DNA of 64,000 bases from Planctomycetota bacterium (lineage in GTDB: Bacteria; Planctomycetota; Brocadiia; JAADGH01). Positions within the stretch are counted from its first letter, which is position 1. Every line of letters starts with the position of its first letter. The translations under genes were made by a program, and so were the position numbers. The notes beneath the pieces were generated by a model. That model was not told the origin of the DNA, did not search any database, and worked only from the letters and a program-made list of their open reading frames with translations. Shown in pieces: positions 9,630 through 19,288 of this stretch. Where the stretch lies: the NCBI GenBank assembly GCA_040755855.1, contig JBFMAD010000006.1, positions 1 to 64,000 on the forward strand, written 5' to 3'.

Positions 9630-10931
9630 TCAGTCCGCGGCCAGCCTTGCGCACACGAGTTCGCTCTGGCTGCGGGCGTAGATGTGCCGGTTTGCGAAGG
9701 CGGGATGGGCCCACGTCACACCGCCCTTGCGTTGGGCCTGCTTGCCGGTGGGCTGGATTAACTGGGCGCGGCTGATGACCTCGACGCCCTTCGGCGTGAA
9801 CCGCGTGATGAGCAGTTCGCCGGTTTCGTTAAACATCCATACCTTGTCGCCGTTGCGGATGAGATGCGCTGTACCCCACCGGGCGTTCGGGATAATCTCC
9901 AAGTTCTCCCAGATTCGATCGCCTGTCCTTGCATCAAGGCAGCGCAGCTCGCCGTAGCTGTCAACCCCGTAGATGTAATTCCCATCGAGAATTGGCGTCG
10001 GGATCAGGGAATGGAGAGCGTCGGTCTCCTTCTCGCTACGCCCCCGGCGATGCCACATAACTTCGACATCCGGCTTGCCCGGGACGAGGCGCAACATAAG
10101 CGATCCCTGCAGGAACGCCGAGACGAACAGCCGCCCCTCATTTAAAACCGGTGTTCCCGTGGCGTCGGCCCATCGCGGCGACTGGAAGGGATGGCGCCAA
10201 TAGACCTCGCCCGTCTTCGGGTTCAGCCCGACGACGCCGTCGCCCGTCCAGCAGACGAGGATGCGCCTGCCCGCGTGCTCGATAACAATGGGGGCCGAGT
10301 AGGAACAATGGTCGTCGAGGGCCGTCCATCGCTCCTCGCCGGTCTTGCGGTCGAGCGCCACGATGCACGCTCCGTCGCTGCCGCCCACCTGGCAGATGAT
10401 GAGATCGTCCTCGATCGCCGGCGCGGGGGCGATGCCCCAGGTGGGGATGCGGGCGCGATACACCTCCTTCAAATCCTTGTCCCAGACCACCGATCCCGTG
10501 ACGGCGTCGAGGCAGACCAGGCGGGCCATCCCGCCGAGGGAATAGGCCCGGCCATCGCAGACGCCGACGGAGGCGCGGGGACCTTCGGGATACTGAAAGG
10601 TGTAAGTGGTCTCGTAGGAGTGGACCCACAGGCTCTTGCCCGTCTCGGCGTCGAAGCAGAGGATGCGCTCCTTCTCTTCGTTGGGATTGGGCGCGAGGTC
10701 GGTCACATAGACGCGCCCGTCAACAACGGTGGGACCGCTGTATCCCCCGCCGATCTTGACGCGCCATTTGACAGGAATCTGAGTACCGTCGAATTGTGCG
10801 ATGATGCCCGTCTCCTTCCACACGCCGTCGCGGCCCGGCCCGCGCCACTGGGGCCAGTCGTCGGCGGGAGCAAGGTTAGAGAGTAGCAGGGCAAGGAGGA
10901 AGAACCATAGGGCGTGTAATCTATTGTACAT
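9630..10931 (-). CDS. PQQ-binding-like beta-propeller (BamB-like) exported protein
   Basis: Signal peptide, DWPQWRGP, repeated CLDA.TG...W motifs. Confidence 0.85.
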   Translation of the reverse strand: MYNRLHALWFFLLALLLSNLAPADDWPQWRGPGRDGVWKETGIIAQFDGTQIPVKWRVKIGGGYSGPTVVDGRVYVTDLAPNPNEEKERILCFDAETGKSLWVHSYETTYTFQYPEGPRASVGVCDGRAYSLGGMARLVCLDAVTGSVVWDKDLKEVYRARIPTWGIAPAPAIEDDLIICQVGGSDGACIVALDRKTGEERWTALDDHCSYSAPIVIEHAGRRILVCWTGDGVVGLNPKTGEVYWRHPFQSPRWADATGTPVLNEGRLFVSAFLQGSLMLRLVPGKPDVEVMWHRRGRSEKETDALHSLIPTPILDGNYIYGVDSYGELRCLDARTGDRIWENLEIIPNARWGTAHLIRNGDKVWMFNETGELLITRFTPKGVEVISRAQLIQPTGKQAQRKGGVTWAHPAFANRHIYARSQSELVCARLAAD

Positions 10932-10938
10932 AAGAAGG

Positions 10939-13900
10939 TTACTCCATCGCTTTGGGGGCGGCAAGTTCCTCAATCCTCAGATCATCATTCGGCAAGGGGG
11001 CTTCAATACGGAAAAGGTAATCCCATAGCGCCTCGCGCAGGCCGCGCTCAGTCCCGCTGGTGATCAGGAGGGCAGTGTTGCCCTTGATGGCGGCTACGAT
11101 ACCCGTGTCCCCCTCCGCCTTGAACCCGATCCCTTCCGCCTGCAAGACCTGCCGAATCTCCGGCTTCGACGCCAGGCCGATGATGACCGCGCCTTCAAGG
11201 TCGGTCGCGCCGGGTTCGATGGCAAAGGGCGCAGCGTCCTTCTTCAGGAGATCCGCCTGGAATTCGTGAAAGCCCTTGATCCGCCGGGCGTTCGCCATCT
11301 CCTCGGCAGTGTGTTCTCTGGGGATGACCACGCGAAGGGCCTCCGCCTTTGCCAGGTGCTTGAACTGCACTACACCCTCTTCGTCGGGATGGTAGGCCAC
11401 ATCCGCTGCCAGCGGGAGGGCGACTGTTTTCTGACCGGCAACGGCGACAACCAAATCCGACTTGCCGTCGGAGAAGTGCATCCTGAACGGTTGGCGCAGG
11501 GCGAGGTGAATCTGCTGGTCCTGACCGGACTCGACGATGTAATCCATTGTCTTCCCATTGATCCGACTACTTATGGCGAAGGGTAGTTTTGCCTCCTTTA
11601 CGACGGCCATGGCCCGCAGGACAACGGCCTCGCACGGTGGAATGGCGAGTTTTACGGTTGTCAATCCCGTCTTTGGATCTACACGGTTCTTCAGCGCAAC
11701 GCGCCCGAAGAAGTCGCCGAGGACCAGCGCGCCGTCGGCACCGACCACCGCGGAGTTGACCGTGATCGCCGCCGACGTCTCGGTGGGGTTCTGATTCACC
11801 ATCACGAAGAACGACTCGAGGCCGTCCCCGCAGCGCTCGATGCGGACTCCCTCGGCGTCGGAGGTAGCCCCCCTAATGGGCCGCCACCCGGCCCGCGCCA
11901 GGGCGATGCAGACATCGGCGAAGCCGCGGACGAGGTCCATCCGGTGGGGGCGGTGGCTCATCATATTACACATCCACGGCAGCCCGCCCACGACCAGGGC
12001 CTTCTGCAGGCCCAGGCGGTTCTCGTAGTCTCGGGGAAGCCCGACGAAGATCGGCTTGTTGCCCATGATGAATCGGTGGCTGCGAACGTAGTTCGTCTGC
12101 GTCGTGATGCAGTTCGTCAGGTGCGACTGCCCCCGGAAGCCGGAGAAGTACTGGATGAACTCGCCGGGGTTGCGGTGAATGTGCGGCGAGTATGTCTTCA
12201 GATCCTCCTGGATCATCGCGTAAGGGATGCCACCGTTGGTGTAGATCTGCCCGCTGTCATCGAACGACGAGAACGCGAGATGCCGGCCGTAGTCCTCCCA
12301 GACGAACGAACCGTTGTCGAAGTAAAATCCGTCGGGCTTGTAGTTGTCAACGATCCGGTGGATATCATTCTTCAGCCGTTCCCCAAACTGATTCGCATAC
12401 GCGAACATCGCTGCCAGTTTCTCCTCGCCGCCGGCGTGGACTGCGGTGGTGATGACGCACCAGTAGTCGCGCAGGAAGAACTCGCCGTTCTTCTCCTTGA
12501 TGATCGAGTCCTGGTATTTCTCCATCGCTAGGTCGCGGTTGCACTTGGTGGGAATCACGTAACTCAGGTTGCACGAGGCGAGGTTGCATATCTCGAAGAC
12601 CTTCTTTATCTGTTCCCGGTTGAGCGTGACCACGCCCTTACCACCCTTTCCCTGTCGTTCATAGCACGGCTCGCCGTCAGGGTAGAACTCGCCGGTCTTC
12701 GTGAAGGGGCCATAGAGCTCCATGCCGCCCACGCGATAGCGCCGGCAGAGCTCGATGAACTTGTCGCCGAGGTCGTGCACCCGCTCGGGTCCCGTCGCGG
12801 CGTACAGGCCCCAGACATCGTCGCGCGTCGGCGCGGCGAAGACCTCCGGGAACAGGGCGTAGTACCGATCGAGGCAGCTCCGCCAGCCCCAGTTTGGATC
12901 AATCCGGTAGAGGATGAAGGACGCCGCCCGCTTCTCGCCCGGCGGGATGACGAGGCGGAGGATGGAGTTGAAAGCACGGTCCGCGCCTGCCGTCGGGTCG
13001 GCCTGTGCGCCGTAGAAACTATAAATATCCATAGGCCGCAGGCCGATGGCCATGCCTGTTTCTCGATTCCAAATCGCCGCGGCGGGGAAGATTCCCTGGC
13101 ACGTCCGTTCGCCGGGATGGAGCGTGGTGAAGCCCCGGCACGGCGCGCCCTTGCCAAGCTTGTAGGCGAAGGAACTATCCCAGAAGCACCACCCTTCCTG
13201 CCCTGCGTTGAGCGGGAGTGAGAAGCGCGTCTCAAGCAGAAGCGTCTCCTGTCCCTTGTTCTCGATCTCGGCTGTCCACTCCAGGCAGCCGTCGTGCGCC
13301 CGGAGCAGGTCGTGGCGATGAACGCCGTCGCTGTCCCACGAGAAGGCCGCCGCCTTCTCCTTGACGTTCCATCCATTGGCGACGCCGGCGGGGACGATCT
13401 CCTTCCGGTCCGGCCACCGGACGAAGCAGAAGCCGCCGGGGGCGGCGAGCGGCTGCACATCGCCGCCGCAACGGACGCCGCGAACGGCGCCGGTCTTCTT
13501 GTCAATCAGCAGGCCCATATCGTTCGTTGATGCCAGGATGCCGGCGGGCGAGTCCTGGACCCCCGGCGACAGGTCGCGCTTATGGGGCGCTTTGGCAACG
13601 TCCGGCTTCGGCATGGGATCGTCGGCCAGCTTGCGGCTCGTCGGCATGCGGTCCACCATGTCGCACTGCTTTCCGTTGACCGTCGCCGTGACGGGCATAT
13701 TCCGGGTGATGTGGAGCCGCCGCATCGCTTGCGGGTCCTCGCCGAAATCGAAAACCGTGGTATAGACCAGCGGCTCGCTCGGACTGGCCAGGATGTGGGG
13801 GCGCTGGAGTTCGAAACGCTTGAGGTCTATGCAGAAGGTGTAGTCCGCCACATCCCCCCTCGGCGCGCCGACGCCGACGCCGCGTTTGCGCTCCGCATCG

Positions 13901-14802
13901 AAGAGGCAGACCCAGGGCGGGTCCACCTCGAACTTCATCCGCCCATACGCCTCCTTCGTCTCGGGCGGCAGGTCCTTCGGCGTACCGTCGAGGTGGAAGA
14001 AGTGGAGACGGTCTTTCTTGGGGTCGGGTTTCCAGACCGAGGCGTAGAGGTCCGCATGAAGCGCCGTCTGCTCCTTCAGAAGTGTGGCGATGGTCATCAG
14101 AGCGCAGGGCTTCTGCCGGGTAACTTCAATGGCGATGCGGAACTCGTATTTGTCCCGCGCCGCCTCTAAGTCCGGCTGGCGGTGGAGCAGCACGCGCCTC
14201 CGCACGGGGCCGTCGCACACGACCTCTATCTTCGCCACGGGGCCTTGTGTGCGGAAGCGGTCGCCCGCGACATAGAGCCACACGTTCGGGACCATCTCCT
14301 CGCCCTTGTAGTTGATCGCCGTGGCAACGGATTTCTTGTCGGGCACGCTAAAGTCCACGGAGACGAGGGAATTGCCGATCTTGCCCGCCTGGACATCGAG
14401 CGTGAGGTCGCTCGATCCTGCGTAGTCGCGGCTCGGGGCGTTCGCGTCCTGTGTCGCAAAAAGGAGGAGCGTCTTCTTCTCGTGAGCGGGGAGATCAACG
14501 GCAAAGGAGAACTCTTGTCCGTCGAGCTGAAATGGCATGTTGTTCCCGCCGACCTCTCCCTCCTCATCGGATTGCCCCGTCGGATCAACCAGCCGGAATC
14601 GGCCGACATCCGCGCCAGTCGCGATGCCGAGGTCGCTCGCCTTCAGGATGACGACCTCGCTCTCGCGTGGAAAATCGCTCGGATTTTCCAGGCTGATCTG
14701 GACGGGGTCCTTCCATTCAAATCCCTCGGCGCGATAGGTCTGCGCGGGGCAAACTCCGAGGCAAAGGGTCATCAGCAGACTGACGATGCAGAGCGTTCTC
14801 AT
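10939..14802 (-). CDS. large secreted multidomain protein, putative glycoside hydrolase
   Basis: Signal peptide; 1287 aa; PDGFYFDN motif typical of TIM-barrel glycoside hydrolases; beta-sandwich segments. Confidence 0.55.
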   Translation of the reverse strand: MRTLCIVSLLMTLCLGVCPAQTYRAEGFEWKDPVQISLENPSDFPRESEVVILKASDLGIATGADVGRFRLVDPTGQSDEEGEVGGNNMPFQLDGQEFSFAVDLPAHEKKTLLLFATQDANAPSRDYAGSSDLTLDVQAGKIGNSLVSVDFSVPDKKSVATAINYKGEEMVPNVWLYVAGDRFRTQGPVAKIEVVCDGPVRRRVLLHRQPDLEAARDKYEFRIAIEVTRQKPCALMTIATLLKEQTALHADLYASVWKPDPKKDRLHFFHLDGTPKDLPPETKEAYGRMKFEVDPPWVCLFDAERKRGVGVGAPRGDVADYTFCIDLKRFELQRPHILASPSEPLVYTTVFDFGEDPQAMRRLHITRNMPVTATVNGKQCDMVDRMPTSRKLADDPMPKPDVAKAPHKRDLSPGVQDSPAGILASTNDMGLLIDKKTGAVRGVRCGGDVQPLAAPGGFCFVRWPDRKEIVPAGVANGWNVKEKAAAFSWDSDGVHRHDLLRAHDGCLEWTAEIENKGQETLLLETRFSLPLNAGQEGWCFWDSSFAYKLGKGAPCRGFTTLHPGERTCQGIFPAAAIWNRETGMAIGLRPMDIYSFYGAQADPTAGADRAFNSILRLVIPPGEKRAASFILYRIDPNWGWRSCLDRYYALFPEVFAAPTRDDVWGLYAATGPERVHDLGDKFIELCRRYRVGGMELYGPFTKTGEFYPDGEPCYERQGKGGKGVVTLNREQIKKVFEICNLASCNLSYVIPTKCNRDLAMEKYQDSIIKEKNGEFFLRDYWCVITTAVHAGGEEKLAAMFAYANQFGERLKNDIHRIVDNYKPDGFYFDNGSFVWEDYGRHLAFSSFDDSGQIYTNGGIPYAMIQEDLKTYSPHIHRNPGEFIQYFSGFRGQSHLTNCITTQTNYVRSHRFIMGNKPIFVGLPRDYENRLGLQKALVVGGLPWMCNMMSHRPHRMDLVRGFADVCIALARAGWRPIRGATSDAEGVRIERCGDGLESFFVMVNQNPTETSAAITVNSAVVGADGALVLGDFFGRVALKNRVDPKTGLTTVKLAIPPCEAVVLRAMAVVKEAKLPFAISSRINGKTMDYIVESGQDQQIHLALRQPFRMHFSDGKSDLVVAVAGQKTVALPLAADVAYHPDEEGVVQFKHLAKAEALRVVIPREHTAEEMANARRIKGFHEFQADLLKKDAAPFAIEPGATDLEGAVIIGLASKPEIRQVLQAEGIGFKAEGDTGIVAAIKGNTALLITSGTERGLREALWDYLFRIEAPLPNDDLRIEELAAPKAME

Positions 14803-14805
14803 CGG

Positions 14806-15522
14806 TCAACTCTCCTCACTCATGTTGCATTTTCGGGGCGCGAGTCCCATCTCGATCAACAGCCGCAGGTAGGCAAGGCCGAAGCGCACCAGCTTGGCAT
14901 GAGACCGTCCACTGCGGCGCGCGGCGTAGAAAAACGGCGCTTCGACGATCCGCCGCCCCGCGCGATGGGCCTGGATCAGGATCTCCTCCAACACGTCGAA
15001 GTCCGTGCGGGTGATGTTAATCGCCGACAGTGCGCCGCGCGAGTAGAGCCGGAACCCGCTCGACACATCGTGCAGGTTCAGGGCCATGCCGCGGGAGAAG
15101 ACGACGTTCAGTACCCGGCTCAGCGCCCAGCGCAGGCGGGGCATCTCCGCCCCGCCGCCGGGGACATAGCGCGACGCGATGACGACATCGGCCTCGTTGC
15201 GGCGACGCCAGAGCGTTTCCACGAACGTAGGAGGGTGCGAGAGGTCGGCGTCCATTGTGATGACATACTCCCCCACCGCTGCGGCGAACCCGGCATCCAG
15301 CGCGCCGCCGTAGCCCTTTCGCGATTGCGGAACGACCCGCGCTCCGAGGGACTCCGCCGCCCGGGACGTGCCGTCGGTGGACCCGCCGTCCACGACGATG
15401 ATCTCGTAATGGGGGGTGCAGCGCTTGGCCACGCCATGCAGACCCGGCAGGAGCGCCCGCAGGTTCTCCGCCTCGTTCATCGCGGGGATCAGGATAGTCA
15501 GATTGATTTTCGCACTGGGCAT
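14806..15522 (-). CDS. GT2 glycosyltransferase (polyprenol-phosphate glycosyltransferase-like)
   Basis: IPAMNEAENL, VVDGGSTDGT, MDADLSHPP, SRYVPGG. Confidence 0.88.
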   Translation of the reverse strand: MPSAKINLTILIPAMNEAENLRALLPGLHGVAKRCTPHYEIIVVDGGSTDGTSRAAESLGARVVPQSRKGYGGALDAGFAAAVGEYVITMDADLSHPPTFVETLWRRRNEADVVIASRYVPGGGAEMPRLRWALSRVLNVVFSRGMALNLHDVSSGFRLYSRGALSAINITRTDFDVLEEILIQAHRAGRRIVEAPFFYAARRSGRSHAKLVRFGLAYLRLLIEMGLAPRKCNMSEES

Positions 15523-15528
15523 GTGCGA

Positions 15529-15557
15529 ATTATAGGCGCGAGCCGACCAAATGGCAA
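15529..15557 (-). promoter_or_regulatory. sigma70 promoter giving a leaderless GT2 mRNA
   Basis: TTGCCA-N17-TATAAT, ending 6 nt before ATG 15522; no SD. Confidence 0.65.
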
Positions 15558-15579
15558 GCCGCATTCCTGATTTGTGGGA

Positions 15580-16641
15580 TTATGACATGCCGACGAACTT
15601 CTTCCAGACGTCGAAGGTGATGTCGTAATTGCGCACGGGGATGTCGGGACCGACAGAGTGGCAGCCCATGATGTAGCCGCCGCCCTCGGCCGCCCGGAGG
15701 CAGTGCTCGGCGTGGGCCCGCACCTCGTCCGGTGTGCCCTTGGGGAGGATGAGGGAGTTGCACAGGCCACCGACGTAGGCCAATTTCTTGCCGTACTTTT
15801 CCTTCAGCTTCACCACATCCAGTCCCGCCCGCGGCTCGACGGGGTTGATGGCGTCAACGCCCGCGTCAATCAGGCCGTCGAGCGCATCGGCGATGTTGCC
15901 GTCGCTATGGAACATGACGAACCTCGCCCCCGCGCCCTTGGCGGCCTGCACGAGCCGCTTGATCGCGGGCTGGAAAATTTCCTCGTAGGTCTTGGGCGAG
16001 AACATGAGTGAGTCGTTGTAGGCCATGTCGTCGTAGACGGCGAGGCCGGTGCTGTAGAGGTCCCACCGGCGCAGCTCCTCGAGGGCGACAGCGATAAGAT
16101 GGTCAGTCGTCCGGTTGACGATCTCCTTGACAAACGCGGGGTCGGCGGCGATGTCCATGAGGAACTGCGTCTGCCCGCGAAGGAACGCTGTGCGGAGGTA
16201 CGGCCCGCCGGTCTTGCAGAAGACGAATTCGGTCTGTTTCCATCGCTCGACGGCGGAGGTGAGATTGTCGTACCGCGCGTCGGCGTCGGCGGGGTCGAAG
16301 GGCTTGCGATCGAGGTCGGCCGGCTCCTTGATGGCAACTTCGAGTTCCTCGTAGAAATTCCCGCCCTGGATCACGCGCTTGACCATGCCCCAGCCGTCGC
16401 GCTCGATCCTGTATCCCTTGCCCTCCTCCAGGACTTTGGCCTGGGAGAAGTAGGGCGTCTCGTCGCCGACGGCGACGCGGATGTCGTTCATGTAAAATTT
16501 GTGAATGTCAACATCCTTGCCGAGGCCCTTTTCCTTGCGCCAGATGGCCGTGAACTCCGCCCAGTAGCCGTCGTCCCTCGGCACCCGGTCGGGCGCCTGG
16601 TGGGAGAGGGCGGCCGTTACTCGCCTCACCGAATCGTTCAT
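15580..16641 (-). CDS. uroporphyrinogen decarboxylase family (MtaA/CmuA-like) protein
   Basis: PDRVP, DDMAY, FHSDGN, GTPDEVR, GGGYIMGCHS. Confidence 0.8.
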   Translation of the reverse strand: MNDSVRRVTAALSHQAPDRVPRDDGYWAEFTAIWRKEKGLGKDVDIHKFYMNDIRVAVGDETPYFSQAKVLEEGKGYRIERDGWGMVKRVIQGGNFYEELEVAIKEPADLDRKPFDPADADARYDNLTSAVERWKQTEFVFCKTGGPYLRTAFLRGQTQFLMDIAADPAFVKEIVNRTTDHLIAVALEELRRWDLYSTGLAVYDDMAYNDSLMFSPKTYEEIFQPAIKRLVQAAKGAGARFVMFHSDGNIADALDGLIDAGVDAINPVEPRAGLDVVKLKEKYGKKLAYVGGLCNSLILPKGTPDEVRAHAEHCLRAAEGGGYIMGCHSVGPDIPVRNYDITFDVWKKFVGMS

Positions 16642-16647
16642 GTTGGA

Positions 16648-18012
16648 TCACCCTCCAAGCGCACACAATATGTCCCGGCAGAAGTCGGTCAATGTATCGT
16701 CTCGCGCCCCCATGACGATGATTACGTCGCCCTCCTTCGCTTCCGCCGCGAGGGTATGGGTCAGGTCGAGCCGTTCGGGGATGGAGACAGCGTTGCGCCC
16801 GCGAGCGGCGATGTTGCCCACGATGTCGTCGGACGAGATTGACTTGTCCGCCGTGCCGCCGGCATAGTAGATCTTCGGCATGTAGAGGATGTCATCGTGC
16901 CGGAGCTGCTCGGCGAATGCCTCGACGAACTCCGTGCGCAGGAACTTCGTCGGGCCAAAGCCGTGCGGCTGGTAGACGGCCAGCACGCGCTTGGCGAAGG
17001 GCTTCACCGTCGAGAGGGCCGCGCAGATCTTCGCGGGATTGTGGGCGAAGTCGTCTATGACTTTCACGCCCCGCGCCTCGCCGATAAGGTCCATGCGCCG
17101 ACCGACGCCCTTGAACTCCTCCAGCGCGTCGGCTATGAGAACCGGCGCGACGCCCATCTGCGCCCCGGCGGCGATGGCGACGAGGGCGTTCTCCACGTTG
17201 TGCGCCCCGGCCAGATTCAGGTGGTACTCCTGCTCGTGAACGCGGAACGACGCGGAGAACCCATCGCACTTGATGTCGCTTGCTCGAAAATCGGCGCCGC
17301 CGTCCATGCCGAATGTGAGGATGCTATCGTGCTCGATCTTCGCCTCACGCAGGATCGGGCAGTCGGCGTTGAGAATCAGGACCCGATTCGTGTGCCCGGC
17401 GAAGATGCGGAAGAGATCAACAAGCTCGTTGATCTCCTTGTGATCTTTCGACACGTTCGTGACGATGCCGACCTCCGGCTCGTAATTGACGATCGTCCCA
17501 TCGCTCTCGTCGGCCTCGACGCAGACCACATCCGACGCGCCGCCTTTCGCGTTGCCGATGAGCGTGTCGGAGACATAGTTCTTGATGATCCCGCCGTTCA
17601 TGACCGTCGGATCGAGACCGCCCCTCTCCAGTACCCACGCGGTCATGGCGGTGGAGGTGGTCTTGCCGCTGCTGCCGCCGATGGCGACGCTGCGCTTGCC
17701 GTTCACGAGTTCCGCCAGCAGATCGGCGCGCTTCATGATCGGCACGTTGCGCTGCTTTGCTGCGGCGATGTCGGGGTTCGTGTCCTCGATGGCGGTCGAG
17801 GCGATGACGTGATTCGTCTTCTCATCCACTCCCGACCCGTCCTGCGGGAAGAGGCCGATGCCCTGGGCGCGGAGCTTGTCGTAGAGCCACGCGCTGCGGT
17901 TGTTGTCCATGTTGCGGTCCGAGCCGGTCACGACGTGCCCCTTCCCGCGCATCACCTGGGCGATGCCGCTCATGCCCGACCCGCCGACGCCGATAAAATG
18001 GTATTTGCTCAA
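16648..18012 (-). CDS. murC: UDP-N-acetylmuramate--L-alanine ligase (MurC/Mpl family)
   Basis: HFIGVGGSGMSGIA, GSSGKTTST, EADESDG, DDFAHNP, YQPH. TTG start overlaps the ltaE stop (TTGA). Confidence 0.82.
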   Translation of the reverse strand: MSKYHFIGVGGSGMSGIAQVMRGKGHVVTGSDRNMDNNRSAWLYDKLRAQGIGLFPQDGSGVDEKTNHVIASTAIEDTNPDIAAAKQRNVPIMKRADLLAELVNGKRSVAIGGSSGKTTSTAMTAWVLERGGLDPTVMNGGIIKNYVSDTLIGNAKGGASDVVCVEADESDGTIVNYEPEVGIVTNVSKDHKEINELVDLFRIFAGHTNRVLILNADCPILREAKIEHDSILTFGMDGGADFRASDIKCDGFSASFRVHEQEYHLNLAGAHNVENALVAIAAGAQMGVAPVLIADALEEFKGVGRRMDLIGEARGVKVIDDFAHNPAKICAALSTVKPFAKRVLAVYQPHGFGPTKFLRTEFVEAFAEQLRHDDILYMPKIYYAGGTADKSISSDDIVGNIAARGRNAVSIPERLDLTHTLAAEAKEGDVIIVMGARDDTLTDFCRDILCALGG

Positions 18013-19052
18013 GCCTGGATTTCCTTCATAACGTCCTTGATAACCTTGACGGCCCGCTCGCAGTCGGCGCGCTCGATGGCGTTGTAGCAGACGAGGCGGC
18101 ACATGCCGTCGCGGAGGTGGAAGAACTTGACGCCGCGCTCGGCGCACCGGTCGCGGAGCATGTCGGCCTTCTTGGGAGAGTCGAGATGGATCATGGTGAT
18201 GTTCGTCTGGCACTTGCCGAGGTCCACGCGCAGGCCCGGAGTGTCGGTCAGACTCTCGGCGAGGAAGCGGCCGTTGGCATTGTCTATGGGGCAGCGGTCA
18301 GGGCCGTTGGTCAGGGCGATGATTCCCGCGGCGGCGATGATCCCCGCCTGGCGCATGCCCCCGCCCATCTTCTTTCGGCAGCGATGGATGAACTGCCGCT
18401 GGTCCGCGTCGCCGGCGATCATGGAGCCGACCGGCGCGCCCAGGCCCTTGGAGAGGCAGAACATGACCGTGTCCACGTGGCGCGTCAGGTCCTGCACGTC
18501 GCATTTGAGATAAGCCGCAGCATTGAAGATGCGCGCCCCATCCAAGTGGACCTTCATGCCGTTGCTATGGGCGAGGTCGGATAGATCCTTCGTCTGCGCG
18601 GAGGAGAGGCAGACGCCCCCACGCACGTTGAACGAGTTCTCCAACGCCAGCGCCCGGAGATCAACGCCGTCTCTCTTGGCATCCCTGATGATCTTCCCGA
18701 TCTTCGCCGGGTCCGGGATGCCGGAGGGCTCGTCGTAAAGCTGGAACTTCACATGCGCAACCTGCTCGATCCCCTCGCGCTCGTAGTAGCCGGTGTGGTT
18801 GTAGGTCTCCGCGAGGACGACGCCCCCCAGGGCGGTGCAGGTCATGACGCCGATGCTGTTGCCCATCGTCCCCGAGGGGCAAAAGAGGGCCGTCCCCTTG
18901 CCGATGCGCTCGGCGGCGAGGCGCTCCAGCTCCGCCACGGTCGGGTCCTCGCCGTGGCAGTCATCGCCGACGGCGGCGTTGGCCATGGCCTGGCGCATTT
19001 CTTGGTCGGGGCAGGTCAGCGTGTCGCTTCTCAGGTCTACGACTTTCTCCAT
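18009..19052 (-). CDS. ltaE: low-specificity L-threonine aldolase
   Basis: DLRSDT, VGDD..GEDPTV, SGTMGN, HLDGARIFNA, CLSKGLGAPVGS, GGGMRQAG. Confidence 0.92.
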   Translation of the reverse strand: MEKVVDLRSDTLTCPDQEMRQAMANAAVGDDCHGEDPTVAELERLAAERIGKGTALFCPSGTMGNSIGVMTCTALGGVVLAETYNHTGYYEREGIEQVAHVKFQLYDEPSGIPDPAKIGKIIRDAKRDGVDLRALALENSFNVRGGVCLSSAQTKDLSDLAHSNGMKVHLDGARIFNAAAYLKCDVQDLTRHVDTVMFCLSKGLGAPVGSMIAGDADQRQFIHRCRKKMGGGMRQAGIIAAAGIIALTNGPDRCPIDNANGRFLAESLTDTPGLRVDLGKCQTNITMIHLDSPKKADMLRDRCAERGVKFFHLRDGMCRLVCYNAIERADCERAVKVIKDVMKEIQA

Positions 19053-19088
19053 GTCACTCTCCCAAAGCGGGCGATGCCCGCAACTCAA

Positions 19089-19242
19089 GGGCAAAATTCA
19101 CATTGGACACATAATACCACCCTTTCTGTCTTCAAAAAGGGTGGTATCCGCAGAAAGAAATTCCGCGTGTTGAAATACCCTCTCATCGGCAGGAGGATAC
19201 TCGATTTCGCGGGAAAAAATGTGTCCAATGTGAATTTTGCCC
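19089..19242. mobile_element. 154-bp MITE/REPIN-like element with 24-bp perfect terminal inverted repeats
   Basis: GGGCAAAATTCACATTGGACACAT (19089-19112) and its exact reverse complement (19219-19242); internal hairpins; the same ends recur at 63138-63176. Confidence 0.7.
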
Positions 19243-19288
19243 CGGAAGGCTCTTCTACTTTCAAATGGCGGTGGGCTGATGGCTCGCA

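Noticed and set aside
18013..18213. N-terminal extension of MurC in the ORF track
   Set aside because: Overlaps ltaE; a coupled TTG start at 18012 gives a normal MurC N-terminus.
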